From: an uncultured Chloroflexia bacterium
GTDB taxonomy: Bacteria > Chloroflexota > Limnocylindria > Limnocylindrales > CSP1-4
Assembly (NCBI GenBank): GCA_963819655.1
Contig: CAWFXA010000002.1
Location: forward strand, 960,001-1,024,000
Direction: 5' to 3'
Length of the DNA: 64,000 nt
Every line of letters begins with the position of its first letter. Positions within the stretch are counted from its first letter, which is position 1. The notes below the pieces were generated by a model that was not told the origin of the DNA, searched no databases, and was given only the letters and a program-made list of their open reading frames with translations. Shown here in pieces: positions 49,050 through 59,312 of this stretch. The position numbers and the translations under genes were made by a program.

Positions 49050-49631
49050 ATGACGACCGACGCCGTAACAGCCGATCTGCACGAGCCGCCACCGCTCTTC
49101 TGCTACCGCCACCCGGACCGCGAGACGTGGGTCCGCTGCGGTCGCTGCGACCAGCCGATCTGCACGCGCTGTGCGATGCAGGGCCCCGTCGGTTTGCGCT
49201 GCAGGACGTGCGGGAAGCCCTCTCGGGATGCCCTCACGTCTCTCAAGCCCGATCAGATCGCCATCGCCCTCGCCGTCGCCACGGGACTCGGCGCCGCCGT
49301 CGGCTACTTCGGGGCACAGTTCGGGTTCTTGATGATCGTCATCGGCTTCTTCGCTGGGACCTTGATCGCGGAGGCGCTGGATCGGACGATCGGAATCAAG
49401 CGTGGGCCGCAGATCATCACGATCGCTGTTGCCGGGGTCGTGGTTGGTAGCCTTGTCGGCGCCGGGTTCTCGCTCATCGGCACGTGGCGTGAATTCCAGG
49501 CGTTCGCCTCGAGCGCCGAGGCCAGCGGCATGCCGGTCTACACGCTCGATGCCTTCCTGTTCGACAACGTCCCCGCAGTCCTGATCGCCCTCATCGCCAC
49601 GATCGCGGGGGTGTACGCCCGACTTCGGTAG
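49050..49631 (+). CDS. Membrane protein with N-terminal B-box-like zinc finger
   Basis: CYRHPDRET.VRCGRC..PIC..C...GPVG.RC..C followed by four TM segments. Confidence 0.82.
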   Translation: MTTDAVTADLHEPPPLFCYRHPDRETWVRCGRCDQPICTRCAMQGPVGLRCRTCGKPSRDALTSLKPDQIAIALAVATGLGAAVGYFGAQFGFLMIVIGFFAGTLIAEALDRTIGIKRGPQIITIAVAGVVVGSLVGAGFSLIGTWREFQAFASSAEASGMPVYTLDAFLFDNVPAVLIALIATIAGVYARLR

Positions 49632-49666
49632 GTCGCACGGGCAGCGCGCCGCGCCGCGTACTTGAG

Positions 49667-49710
49667 AGCGACATTTGTCGCTGTGGGCGACATTGTCGCT
49701 GTGAGCGACA
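49667..49710. repeat. Tandem short palindromes GCGACA-T(T)-TGTCGC
   Basis: AGCGACATTTGTCGCT, GGCGACATTGTCGCT and a half copy AGCGACA between convergent genes. Confidence 0.65.
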
Positions 49711-49719
49711 CGATCGCGA

Positions 49720-50770
49720 TCAGATGAGCGAGATCCCCGACCCAGCCTCCACGCGACCGATCAACCAGTGGTCGACCGCGGCCGCACGGAGCTGTTCCGA
49801 CACCCGCCCGACGTCCTCCTCGGGGACCGCCGCCAGCAACCCGCCGCTCGTCTGGGGGTCGTGGGCGAGGGTCACGAGCTCGGCGGACACCGCGCCGCCA
49901 ACCTCGAGATCGCCGGCGACGAAACGCCGGTTGTGCGCGGCACCGCCGGTCTCGACGCCGGCTCGCGCCAGGTCGAGGGCACCCGACAGCGCCGGCAGTC
50001 CGGCGGCATCGAAGACCAGCCGCACGCCCGAGGCGCGGGCCATCTCCAGGCCATGGCCGAGGAGGCCGAAACCGGTCACGTCGGTCGCGGCCATCACGCC
50101 GTTGGCCACGAGCACCTCGGACGGGGCTCGGTTGAGGGTGCGCATCCCCTCGATCGCTTCAGCCAGGTCGGCCGGAGTCGGTCCGCCCCTGGCGCGCGCC
50201 GCTGACCAACAGACCCGTCCCGAGTCGCTTGGTCAGGATCAGAGCGTCGCCGGGTCGTGCCCCGCCTTTGCGCAAGAGCCGGTCGGGTTGGGCCGCGCCG
50301 ATGACCGCGAGTCCGTACTTCGGCTCGGGGTCACGGATCGTGTGCCCGCCGGCGAGCGTGCCACCCGCCTCGCGGACCTTGTCGGACGCCCCGCCGAAGA
50401 CCTCCGCCATGATGTCGCGCGGCAGTTCGTCGGGGAATGCCGCGATCGACAGCGCGAAGAGGACGCGGCCACCCATCGCGAAGACGTCGCTCACGGCGTT
50501 CGCGGCCGCGATCTCGCCGAACGTCCGGGCGTCGTCGACCAGGGGCGGGAAGAAGTCGAGCGTGCCGATGATCGCGAGATCGTCGCTGATCCTGTACGCG
50601 GCGGCGTCGTCCGGCGGGTTGAGACCCGCGATCAGCTCGTCCGGCGCTGCCTCGGCGCCCAACCCGGCGAGCGCATCCGACAGCAGGTCGGCGCCGAGCT
50701 TCGCGGCGCAACCGCCACAATCGGTCAGCGTCGTGAGGCGCAGGGCCGGGATGTCGGACAGGGTCGTCAC
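49720..50770 (-). CDS. selD: Selenide, water dikinase SelD (Cys form); frameshift near 50165
   Basis: CGGCAAK, DDAA.Y, DFF.PLVDD, AAANAVSDVFAMGG and GGHTI-like AGGHTI; second frame TDVTGFGLLGH and DPQTSGGLL. Confidence 0.9.
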
Positions 50771-50834
50771 CGGTCGATGATAGGTGTGCTCGGCTGTCGG
50801 GTCCCTGTTTCGCGGCCACGATTACCATCGTGTC

Positions 50835-50931
50835 GGGAGCGGTCGGGCCCCGGTGGGTCCCCCGGTCTTCAAAACCGGTGACGCCGCGCTCGGCGTGGCG
50901 TGGTGGGTTCGACTCCCACGCGTTCCCGCCA
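50835..50931 (+). tRNA. selC: tRNA-Sec (anticodon TCA)
   Basis: 97 nt; anticodon arm CCGGT-CTTCAAA-ACCGG; long variable arm; GGTTCGACTCC T loop; GCCA end; TACCAT -10 six nt upstream. Confidence 0.95.
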
Positions 50932-50941
50932 TGGAGGATCG

Positions 50942-52311
50942 ATGTCGTCGAAGCCGGTCGTCCACCCGCGCCCGCCCAGCGTCGACCACCTTCTCAGCCT
51001 GCGGTCCGGCGTCCGTCGAGGGTTTCGAGCGCGAGCACGAGATCGTCGCGGGCGCCGCGCGAGCGTCATCGCGGACGAGCGTGCGCAATCGCGGATGGTC
51101 ACGACGCCAGGCTGGTTCGCGATGCTGCGTCGACGATGTCCTCACCATGCTGGACGCGCACATCCCACCCGAGGTCGCACGAGGTCATCAACGCGACCGG
51201 TGTGATCATCCACACGAATCTCGGCCGGGCGACCTGGCCCGAGATCGCCCGTGTGGTGGTCGGCGGCACGCAGGACTACCTCATGCTCGAGCTGGACCGT
51301 GAGACCGGCCGTCGGGGGCCTCGGGGCCGACGCGCCGAGGAGCACCTCGTCGCGCTGACCGGCGCGGAGGACGCGCTGGTCACCAACAACAACGCGGCTG
51401 CCCTGGCCCTGGCGGTCGGCCTCGTGGGGCGGGGCGGCGCGATCGCGGTCTCGCGCGGCGAGCTGGTCGAGATCGGGGGCGGAGTCAGGATCCCGGATGT
51501 CATCCGCCGCGCGGGCGCGAAGCTGGTCGAGGTGGGGACGACGAATCGCACGCGAGCCGCGGACTTCGAGGCACCGCTGGCGGAGGGCCGCGTCCGCGCG
51601 ATCCTGCGCGTCCATCCGTCGAACTTCACGATCGCCGGCTTCACCGAGGAGCCCGATGCTGGCGCGGTGGCCGACATGGCCCACCGACACGGGGCGATCG
51701 TCATCGATGACCTCGGATCGGGCGCCTTGTTGCCGACCGAGCAATTCGGTCTCCCCCACGAGCCGATGCCGAACGAGCGCCTCGCGGCGGGCTCCGATGT
51801 CGTCACGTTCAGCGGCGACAAGCTGGTCGGCGGACCGCAAGCGGGACTCATCGTTGGCCGAGCCGACCTGGTGGCGCGGATGCGGCGCGACCCACTCGCC
51901 CGGGCGATGCGGCCCGACAAGGCGACACTCCTCGGAGTGGCCGCCACCCTGGGCCTGTATCGCGCCGGCCTGGCCACGACCCACATCCCGGTCTGGCAGG
52001 GGATCGCGGTGTCGGTCGACGACCTTCGCGCACGGGCGGCTGAGATTGCGCTGCCTCTGGGCGAGTCGGTCCGAGTCGTCGAGCTCAGCTCGACGGTCGG
52101 CGGTGGGTCGCTGCCCGGCGAGACCCTGCCGTCGGCAGGGCTGGAGCTGACCGGCGGGTCGGCGAGCAAGCAACTCGCGGCGCTTCGCCACGGGACGCCG
52201 GCCGTCATCGGGCGGATCGAGAACGACCGTGTCGTGCTCGACTTGCGGACGGTGTCGCCGGCGACCGACGGCGAGCTCGCTCTCGCGCTCGACCGCGTGC
52301 TGGCCCGATGA
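50942..52311 (+). CDS. selA: L-seryl-tRNA(Sec) selenium transferase SelA; frameshift(s) in the N-terminal region (about 51000-51180)
   Basis: N-terminal PSVDHLL in one frame; VINATGVIIHTNLGRA, NNNAAA, SRGELVEIGG, VH.SNF, DLGSG and FSGDKL.GGPQAG in another. Confidence 0.9.
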
Positions 52312-54086
52312 CCGTCGTCGTCGGCACTGCCGGTCACATCGATCATGGCAAGACCACGCTGCTGCGCGCGCTGACCGGCATCGACGCCGACCGGCTGCCG
52401 GAGGAGCGGCGGCGCGGGATGACGATCGACGTCGGCTACGCCCACCTCGCCCTCGACGATGGTTCGACGATCGACTTCGTCGACGTGCCGGGACACGACA
52501 AGCTGGTCGGTAACATGCTGGTCGGTGCCGGCGAGATCGACGCTGCGATGCTCGTCGTCGCCGCGGACGACGGGCCGCGCGCCCAGAGCCTCGAGCACCT
52601 CGCGCTGCTCGACGCGCTGGCGATCGCTCCGGCGATCGCGGTCCTGACGAAGATGGACGCGGTCCCGACAGAGCGGGTCGAGGAGGTGCGGGCCCAGGTC
52701 GCCGCGCTCCTCGCCTCGACCTCGCTGGCCGGTTCGCCCGTGCTCGCCGCGTCCGGAGTGACCGGCGAGGGCGTGGACGCCGTGCGCGCCGCGCTCGAGT
52801 CGCTCGCGGAGCTTCGAGCTCGCGTTCGTCTCGCGGCGCGCCCACCGACCCTCGCGATCGATCGGGTCTTCACGGTCAAGGGTCGCGGCGTGGTCGTGAC
52901 CGGCACACTGCGTGGCGAGCCACTCACCCGCGGTGACGAACTCCGTCTCGTGCCGGGCGAACGCACCGCGCGGATCCGCGAGATCCAGGTCCATGGGGCC
53001 GCGGTCGAGCGGGTCGACGAGGGCGGTCGGACCGCGCTCAACCTGGCCGGTGTCGCAGAGGCCGACCTGCATCGCGGGATGGCGCTGACCGCCGACCCGA
53101 CCGTCGCGGCGACCGACCGCCTCCTCGCCGTGTTCCGGACGTCGGTCGGGGACCGGACCCGGGGGCGCATGCATGCCGGGACGGCAGCCGTCGATGCTAC
53201 GGTCGGGCGGAGCGGACGCGATGCCCTGACACTGCCCGATGGGCGTGCCGCCGGGATCGTGCGTCTCGCCGCGCCGATCGCGCTCCGACCGGGCGATCGA
53301 TTCGTCCTGCGGCGCGGCGGCCAGGCCGACCCCGTGGGTGGCGTGGTGCTCGACACGACGCCTCCGCGCGGGGTCTCGCGGCGACGCCAGACCGTCGAGC
53401 GGGTGGCGGCGCTCGCGGATCCATCTCGCGCCGCAGACGCACGCATCGACCTGCACGGGGCCGTCGACGGCCGGCTGGCTGCCGATGTGGCCACGCTCGC
53501 TGCGGAGGCGGCGATCGCGGCCGTCGATCGCGAGGCCCCGCTCTCCATGGTTCGCAACGCGGTGGCTCGAGCCTTGCGGGGGGCGGTGACGATCCGGCGC
53601 GATGAGGCGACCGCCGCCGCCTCCATCGTCATCGACCGGCTCGTCCGCGAGGAGCGGCTGGTTCGCGAGGGCGAGATCGTCCGCAAACGCGGTGTGCGTG
53701 CCGCCGCCCCCGACCCCGCGCTCTCGGCCGCGATGGACCGGCTGGAATCGGTGCTCGCCGTCGTCGCGCCGCCGGCCCTGGCCGACGCGGCGCGCGGCGC
53801 AAGCTGTCCGCCCGCTGGCATCCGGGAGCTGGATCGGGCCGGGCGGATCGTCATCCTCGACGCGGACCTGGCCTACGCCACGAGCATGTATCGCGACCTG
53901 ACTGCGCGCGCCGTGTCGATGGCCGCGGACGCCCCGCTGACCCCGGCTGCCTTCCGCGATGCGACCGGCACGAGCCGGAAGTACGTGATGGCGCTCCTCG
54001 AGGACCTCGACCGCCGGGCGATCCTGCGGCGGACGCCGGCCGGGCACGTGCCGGGGGCGAAGGCACCCGCCGCCGTCGGGCTATGA
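52308..54086 (+). CDS. selB: Selenocysteine-specific elongation factor SelB
   Basis: GTAGHIDHGKT, DRLPEE..RGMTID, DVPGH, TKMD and IDRVFTVKGRG.VVTGT; C-terminal FRD..GTSRKY...LLE.LD winged helix. Confidence 0.95.
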   Translation: MTVVVGTAGHIDHGKTTLLRALTGIDADRLPEERRRGMTIDVGYAHLALDDGSTIDFVDVPGHDKLVGNMLVGAGEIDAAMLVVAADDGPRAQSLEHLALLDALAIAPAIAVLTKMDAVPTERVEEVRAQVAALLASTSLAGSPVLAASGVTGEGVDAVRAALESLAELRARVRLAARPPTLAIDRVFTVKGRGVVVTGTLRGEPLTRGDELRLVPGERTARIREIQVHGAAVERVDEGGRTALNLAGVAEADLHRGMALTADPTVAATDRLLAVFRTSVGDRTRGRMHAGTAAVDATVGRSGRDALTLPDGRAAGIVRLAAPIALRPGDRFVLRRGGQADPVGGVVLDTTPPRGVSRRRQTVERVAALADPSRAADARIDLHGAVDGRLAADVATLAAEAAIAAVDREAPLSMVRNAVARALRGAVTIRRDEATAAASIVIDRLVREERLVREGEIVRKRGVRAAAPDPALSAAMDRLESVLAVVAPPALADAARGASCPPAGIRELDRAGRIVILDADLAYATSMYRDLTARAVSMAADAPLTPAAFRDATGTSRKYVMALLEDLDRRAILRRTPAGHVPGAKAPAAVGL

Positions 54087-54667
54087 CCGAGCGGATCGTC
54101 GGGGTCGTCCTCGCCGGGGGTCGCTCCGCACGGTTCGGACGCAACAAGCTCGCGGAGCAGATCGACGGTCGGTCCATGCTCGATCATGCGATCGCGGCGG
54201 TCGAGCTGGTCGCCGGCACGGTCCTCGTCGTCGCGCCTCCCGATTCAGTGCCCGCGATGGCGTCGGACGCGCGCCTCGTCCATGACGCGAATGCCTTCGG
54301 CGGGCCGCTCGCGGGGCTGGCCACCGGGCTCACCGCGATGGATCCGACGCTCGATCACCTCATCGTGGTCGGTGGCGACATGCCGAGCCTCGTGCCCGCG
54401 GTCTTGCGCCGCCTCATCGACGCACTGGAGACGCACGAGGCGGCGGTGCTGGCCGACGAGGCCGGTCCGCGGCCCCTGCCGATCGCGCTTCGTCGGTCCG
54501 CCGCCGCCCCAGCCGTCGAGCGGCTCCTTGGCACGGGGGAGCGGCGGCTCCGCGCCCTGCTCGTCGTACTGGATGTCGTCGTTGTCCCGTCGGCCACCTG
54601 GCGCGTCGATGACCCCGATGGCCTGACCCTGCGCGACGTCGACGTCCCCGGCGACCTCGCGCTCTAA
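54083..54667 (+). CDS. mobA: Molybdenum cofactor guanylyltransferase
   Basis: VLAGGRSARFG..K, GGPLAGL, GGDMP and DVD.P.DL. Confidence 0.9.
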   Translation: MTERIVGVVLAGGRSARFGRNKLAEQIDGRSMLDHAIAAVELVAGTVLVVAPPDSVPAMASDARLVHDANAFGGPLAGLATGLTAMDPTLDHLIVVGGDMPSLVPAVLRRLIDALETHEAAVLADEAGPRPLPIALRRSAAAPAVERLLGTGERRLRALLVVLDVVVVPSATWRVDDPDGLTLRDVDVPGDLAL

Positions 54668-54679
54668 ACGGCTACCCCT

Positions 54680-56335
54680 TCAGCCGTCGAGCTCGGGTGT
54701 CTCGTAGACGGACACGCCTTCGACGAACGTCCCGACCACGCTGGCAGCGAGGATCTCGCCCGCGCCACGGTCGAACAGGTCGCGATCGAGCACCGCCAGG
54801 TCGGCGAGCTTCCCGACCTCGAGCGTGCCCGTGTCGCGATCGAGATGGTTCACGTAGGCCGAACCTGACGTGAACGCCGCGAGGGCGTCGATCAGGTCCA
54901 GCCGCTCGTCCGGCAGAAAGACACCGCGGTCCCCGGCGTACCACGCGGGAGCCTGGCGCTCCACCGCGATATGCATCTCCCAGATCGGGTTCGCGCTCGA
55001 GACGCTCCAGTCGGAACCCATCGCGAGCACGGCTCCCGCGGCTCGCAGCGAGCGGAACGGGTATTGCCAGCGCCACCGCTCACCGAGGAACGGGATCGTC
55101 AGGACGTCCATCTGATCGTCGTGGGCCGCCCACAGCGGCTGGGCGTTGGCCGCGACGTCCAGCTGCCGGAAACGCGCGATGTCGTCCGGATGGATGACCT
55201 GGATGTGAGCGATGTGCGGGCGCGTATCGGACGGACCGTTGGCGCGTCGAGCGGCCTCCACGGCATCGAGGGACGCGCGCACGGCACGGTCGCCGATCGC
55301 ATGGAAATGGGGCTGGAAGCCGAGCGCGTCGAGCTTTGGTACCCAGGTCGCGAGCCCGTCGGGGTCGATCTGGAGCAGGCCGCGGTTGGCCGTCGTGCCG
55401 CCGTGGCCGTCGCCGTACGTTTCGAGCATCGCGCCGGTGAAGTTCTCGAGGACGCCGTCCATCATCAACTTGACGCTCGTCGGCGCGTACCGCCCGATGG
55501 CCGTCGCGCGCCGCCGTTCGATGAACTCCTCGATCTGCTCGGGGCCGCGGTTGCGATCCCACCACAGCGCGCCCACGACGCGACCGGTCAGCTCGCCGCG
55601 GGCGGCCAACGTCAAATACGCGCGCTCCTCCGTGTGCGGCTCGACGATCGCATCCTGCCAGGCAGTGATGCCGAACCCGTGCAGGTGCCGCTGGCCCAGG
55701 CGAAGAGCTTCCTCGAGCTCGGCGGGCGTGTTGTCTGGCAGCAGCCGGGCGACCAGGTCCATGGCGCCTTCGTGGAGCGTGCCGCTCGGGGTCCCGTCCG
55801 GGTCGCGCTCGATCCGCCCGTCAGACGGATCGAGGGTCGCTGCCGTCACGCCGGCGAGCTCCAGCGCCTTCGTGTTCACCCATGCGCCGTGGCCGTCCCG
55901 GTTCGTCAGGAACACCGGGCGATCCGGGAGGATCCGATCCAAAACCTCCCGACGCGGCGTGCCGCCATCGAATGCCGCCATGTACCAGCCGCCGCCGCGG
56001 ATCCATGCCTCGTCCGGGTGTGACCGTGCGTATGCCTCGATGACGTCGATGTCCTTTCCGGACTCCGCGTCCGCATGGAGATCGCACCGAAGCATCGCGA
56101 GACCGCCGTGGACCGGATGCACGTGGGCATCCTGGAACCCGGGCGTGACCGTTCGTCCGCGAAGGTCGATGACGCGCGATCGCGGCCCGATCAGGCCCTC
56201 GACCACTCGATCGGGCCCCACCGCCACGATCCGGCCATCACGAACAGCGAGGGCGGTCGCCCACGAGCGTGCCGTGTCCATCGTCGCGATGCGGCCGTCA
56301 CGGAGGATGAGGTCGGCGGGCTGTTCGGTCGTCAT
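54680..56335 (-). CDS. YtcJ-like amidohydrolase
   Basis: PGFQDAHVH, HAIGDRA, HIAHIQ, GSDW and G.LEVGKLADL. Confidence 0.9.
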   Translation of the reverse strand: MTTEQPADLILRDGRIATMDTARSWATALAVRDGRIVAVGPDRVVEGLIGPRSRVIDLRGRTVTPGFQDAHVHPVHGGLAMLRCDLHADAESGKDIDVIEAYARSHPDEAWIRGGGWYMAAFDGGTPRREVLDRILPDRPVFLTNRDGHGAWVNTKALELAGVTAATLDPSDGRIERDPDGTPSGTLHEGAMDLVARLLPDNTPAELEEALRLGQRHLHGFGITAWQDAIVEPHTEERAYLTLAARGELTGRVVGALWWDRNRGPEQIEEFIERRRATAIGRYAPTSVKLMMDGVLENFTGAMLETYGDGHGGTTANRGLLQIDPDGLATWVPKLDALGFQPHFHAIGDRAVRASLDAVEAARRANGPSDTRPHIAHIQVIHPDDIARFRQLDVAANAQPLWAAHDDQMDVLTIPFLGERWRWQYPFRSLRAAGAVLAMGSDWSVSSANPIWEMHIAVERQAPAWYAGDRGVFLPDERLDLIDALAAFTSGSAYVNHLDRDTGTLEVGKLADLAVLDRDLFDRGAGEILAASVVGTFVEGVSVYETPELDG

Positions 56336-56409
56336 CAGCGGAGTCTGGCGGGTCGCGCCGTGCGCCCCGACCGCATCCCACCCGGCGCGACGGCGTAGCA
56401 TCGCCGCCC

Positions 56410-56958
56410 ATGGCATCGGTCCACCTCCTCCACGCCGGCTACTCGGGCGAGCGGACGGCATCGTCGATCGTGCTGGTGCGCGACGGTGACGCACTCATCG
56501 TCAGCGATCCGGGGATGGTCGCGCGCCGCTCGCTGATCCTCGATCCCCTGGCGGAGCTCGGGATCGATCCGGCAGCGGTGACGCACGTCTTCCTCAGCCA
56601 TCACCACCCCGACCACACGATCAACGTGGCGCTCTTTCCGAACGCCGAGGTGGTCGATTTCTGGGCCCGCTACCGCGACGACCTGTGGCTCGACATGCCG
56701 GGTGACGGGTACCGCCTCTCCCCGAACGCCCAGTTGTGGCTGACCCCCGGCCACACGGCCGAGGACGCGTCGTTGATCGTCGAAGCGGACGACGGCGTCT
56801 ACGCGATGACCCATCTGTGGTGGCACGCGGACCGCACTCCCGAGTTCGATCCGGTCGCCGACGACCAGGGGGCGATCGCGGCCGGTCGCGAGCGCGTGCT
56901 GGCGGTCGCCGACGTGGTCATCCCTGGTCATGGCGGCGCTTTCCGGGTGGCCCGCTAG
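56410..56958 (+). CDS. MBL-fold metallo-hydrolase (MBLAC1-like)
   Basis: SHHHPDH, TPGHT and IPGHG. Confidence 0.88.
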   Translation: MASVHLLHAGYSGERTASSIVLVRDGDALIVSDPGMVARRSLILDPLAELGIDPAAVTHVFLSHHHPDHTINVALFPNAEVVDFWARYRDDLWLDMPGDGYRLSPNAQLWLTPGHTAEDASLIVEADDGVYAMTHLWWHADRTPEFDPVADDQGAIAAGRERVLAVADVVIPGHGGAFRVAR

Positions 56959-56983
56959 GAACCGGCGAATCGGCGAATCCAGA

Positions 56984-57733
56984 TCAGTGCGATCCGCGTC
57001 GACGGGCCGTGATGTTCAATCGGACGTAATCGATCACAGGCTCGCCGACCGCGTCGGCGACGGCGCGGACGAAGCCCTCGTGCTCGTCCGCCGGCAGTCG
57101 ATCGAGGTGTGGCCCCAGCACGACCGCCTTTAGGTAGGTCTCGAACGGCTCCCCGGGCTCGAGCCTCGTGGGCTCGTCGGTCAGCCAGCATTCGACGTCC
57201 ACGTAGCCGGCTGCCTCGAGCCGGCGTGCGGTCGCCAGCGGCGTCTCGTAGTGAGCCGGCCCGAGCCACCCGTCGCCGACCGTCGCCAGGGCCCGCTTGA
57301 TCCGGCCGATATTGCCGGCGCCGCCACACTGCGCGACCAGCCAGCCGGCGGGACGGGTGACGGCCGCGAGGTTGTGGAAGAGCGCATCGTGGTCGGGGAC
57401 CCAGTGGAAGGTCGCCGTCGAGAAGACGGCATCGAGCAGTCCATCGACCGGCAGCGGTCGACCGAGGTCGGCGACGATGTACTCGATCCGATCCCCGAAG
57501 CGGTCCAGCCGCGCGTGGGCGGCGTCGATCATGGCCGGCGATCCGTCGAGGGCGACGACCCTGCCTCGCGGGAGGCGTTCAGCGAGCTGCTCGGTCACGC
57601 GGCCGGTCCCGCAGCCGGCATCCATCACCCGCTCATCGCCCGCCAGCGGGAGGCGGTCGAGGGTCCCCATGCCCCAGCGCGTCATCGGATCGGCGACGCG
57701 GTCGTACGTGCGAGCGTCCCAGTCGCGCGCCAT
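56984..57733 (-). CDS. Class I SAM-dependent methyltransferase (trans-aconitate methyltransferase-like)
   Basis: WDA..Y, DAGCGTG, FSTATFHWV.DH and DYVRL. Confidence 0.88.
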   Translation of the reverse strand: MARDWDARTYDRVADPMTRWGMGTLDRLPLAGDERVMDAGCGTGRVTEQLAERLPRGRVVALDGSPAMIDAAHARLDRFGDRIEYIVADLGRPLPVDGLLDAVFSTATFHWVPDHDALFHNLAAVTRPAGWLVAQCGGAGNIGRIKRALATVGDGWLGPAHYETPLATARRLEAAGYVDVECWLTDEPTRLEPGEPFETYLKAVVLGPHLDRLPADEHEGFVRAVADAVGEPVIDYVRLNITARRRGSH

Positions 57734-59280
57734 CAGTCGCTTAACCTCTCGGGTCGGAGGCCGACCCATGAGACCGTCCCACCGACGGCGACGAGCGCCG
57801 CGGCCACGCCCATCGCCAGGTGGAACGCCTCGATCGAGGCGCTGGCCGCGGCGGCGATCTGGTCCGGCGTCGCCCCCGGCCGTGGCGGGTTCAGCGGCGG
57901 GAATGCGGCCCTGACGGCCGCCGACGACGTGTCGAGTTCCGGCGCCGTCGCCGCCAGGTTCGCGTAAAAGGTGTTGCTCAACGCGAGGAAGATGACGGCG
58001 CCGAGGAGCGGCTGTCCGACCCGGGCGATGGCGTTGTTGATCGCCGAGCCGAGGCCCGAGAAGCGTGCCGGGATCGAGCCCATCAGGGTGTTCGTGAGCG
58101 GGGCGACGACGCAGGCGATGCCGACCCCGAACAGCACGACGGCCGGCAGGACGTCGGTGAGGACAGCCGCCGGCGGGATGAGGGAGGCCGGCTCATCCAC
58201 GCTCGCTTGCCAGGGGGTGGAGGTCACAGGGAGGCGCGTGAACCACAACAGGCCGAGCGCCATCAACGCGGGCCCGAGCGTGAGGAAACGCCGCGCACCG
58301 GTACGTCCCGCGAGCGCGCCGATGCGCGTCGACAACGTGATGAGGCAGATCCCCATCGGCAGGACCGCCGCGCCAGCAGCGATCGCCGTGTAGCCGAGCG
58401 CGCCCTGGAGGGTGATGCTCAGGTAGCTGAGCATCACGTACAGGCCGCCGTAGACGAAGAACGTCGCGATGTTGACCGTCGTGAACACCCGTGACCGGAA
58501 CAGCCCGAGTGGGACGAGCGGGTCGGGGCGCGTGGCCATCAGCACCGGGAAGGCGACGAGAGCGATGGCCCCGATCGCGATCGCGATCCACGCGGCGGCA
58601 TCCTGCCACTCGTTCGCGCCGCCACGGATCACGCCGAACGACAGGCCGCCCACGGCGAGAGCCGCGACGATGGAGCCCAGCCAATCGAACCGGCGCCGCG
58701 AATCGATGTCGCGTGACTCGGCGACGTGGCGCAACGTGATCACCAGCGCGATGGCGAGGATCGGGACGTTGACGAGGAAGGCGATCCGCCAGCCGATCGT
58801 GTCGACGAGCAGACCGCCGACGAGCGGTCCGACCAGGGCAAGAGCCGACGTCGCCGAGGTCCACAGGCCGAACGCGCGACCGCGCTCGGACTCCGAGAAC
58901 GTCTGCGTGATGATCGAGAGTGCGCCCGGCACCATGAGGGCGCCGGCCGCGCCCTGGAGGAGGCGCGCGACGATCAGGACCTCGAGCGTCGGGGCGAGAC
59001 CGCACAGGCCCGACGTGATCGCAAACCCGGCGAGACCGATGGCGTAGACCCGGCGCCGGCCGTACCGATCGGACAGTGCCCCGGCCAGGATCAGGAGCGC
59101 GGCAAGGACTGCCAGGTAGCCGCTGATGACGTAGGTCTGACCCTCGAGGACGCCGACCAGCGTGGCCGGCAACTCGCGCCCGATCCGGGGCAGCGCGGAG
59201 TTGACGATCGTCCCGTCGAGGAACACGGCGCCGGACCCGATGACCGTCGCGACGAGGGTCCATCGTTGGCGCGGCGTCAT
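57733..59280 (-). CDS. MFS transporter (DHA2/14-TM type)
   Basis: FLDGTIVN.ALP.I, GALSDRYGRR, RLLQG..GA and WR.AFLVNVP. Confidence 0.92.
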   Translation of the reverse strand: MTPRQRWTLVATVIGSGAVFLDGTIVNSALPRIGRELPATLVGVLEGQTYVISGYLAVLAALLILAGALSDRYGRRRVYAIGLAGFAITSGLCGLAPTLEVLIVARLLQGAAGALMVPGALSIITQTFSESERGRAFGLWTSATSALALVGPLVGGLLVDTIGWRIAFLVNVPILAIALVITLRHVAESRDIDSRRRFDWLGSIVAALAVGGLSFGVIRGGANEWQDAAAWIAIAIGAIALVAFPVLMATRPDPLVPLGLFRSRVFTTVNIATFFVYGGLYVMLSYLSITLQGALGYTAIAAGAAVLPMGICLITLSTRIGALAGRTGARRFLTLGPALMALGLLWFTRLPVTSTPWQASVDEPASLIPPAAVLTDVLPAVVLFGVGIACVVAPLTNTLMGSIPARFSGLGSAINNAIARVGQPLLGAVIFLALSNTFYANLAATAPELDTSSAAVRAAFPPLNPPRPGATPDQIAAAASASIEAFHLAMGVAAALVAVGGTVSWVGLRPERLSD

Positions 59281-59312
59281 CGCGGCAGTGTCGCAGATAG
59301 ACTCTCGGCGCT

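Noticed and set aside
49667-49710. CRISPR array
   Set aside because: Units are under 20 nt with no unique spacers, and no cas genes are in the window.
50700-50725. Selenocysteine in SelD
   Set aside because: The active-site region is TGT GGC GGT TGC (CGGC); no TGA.
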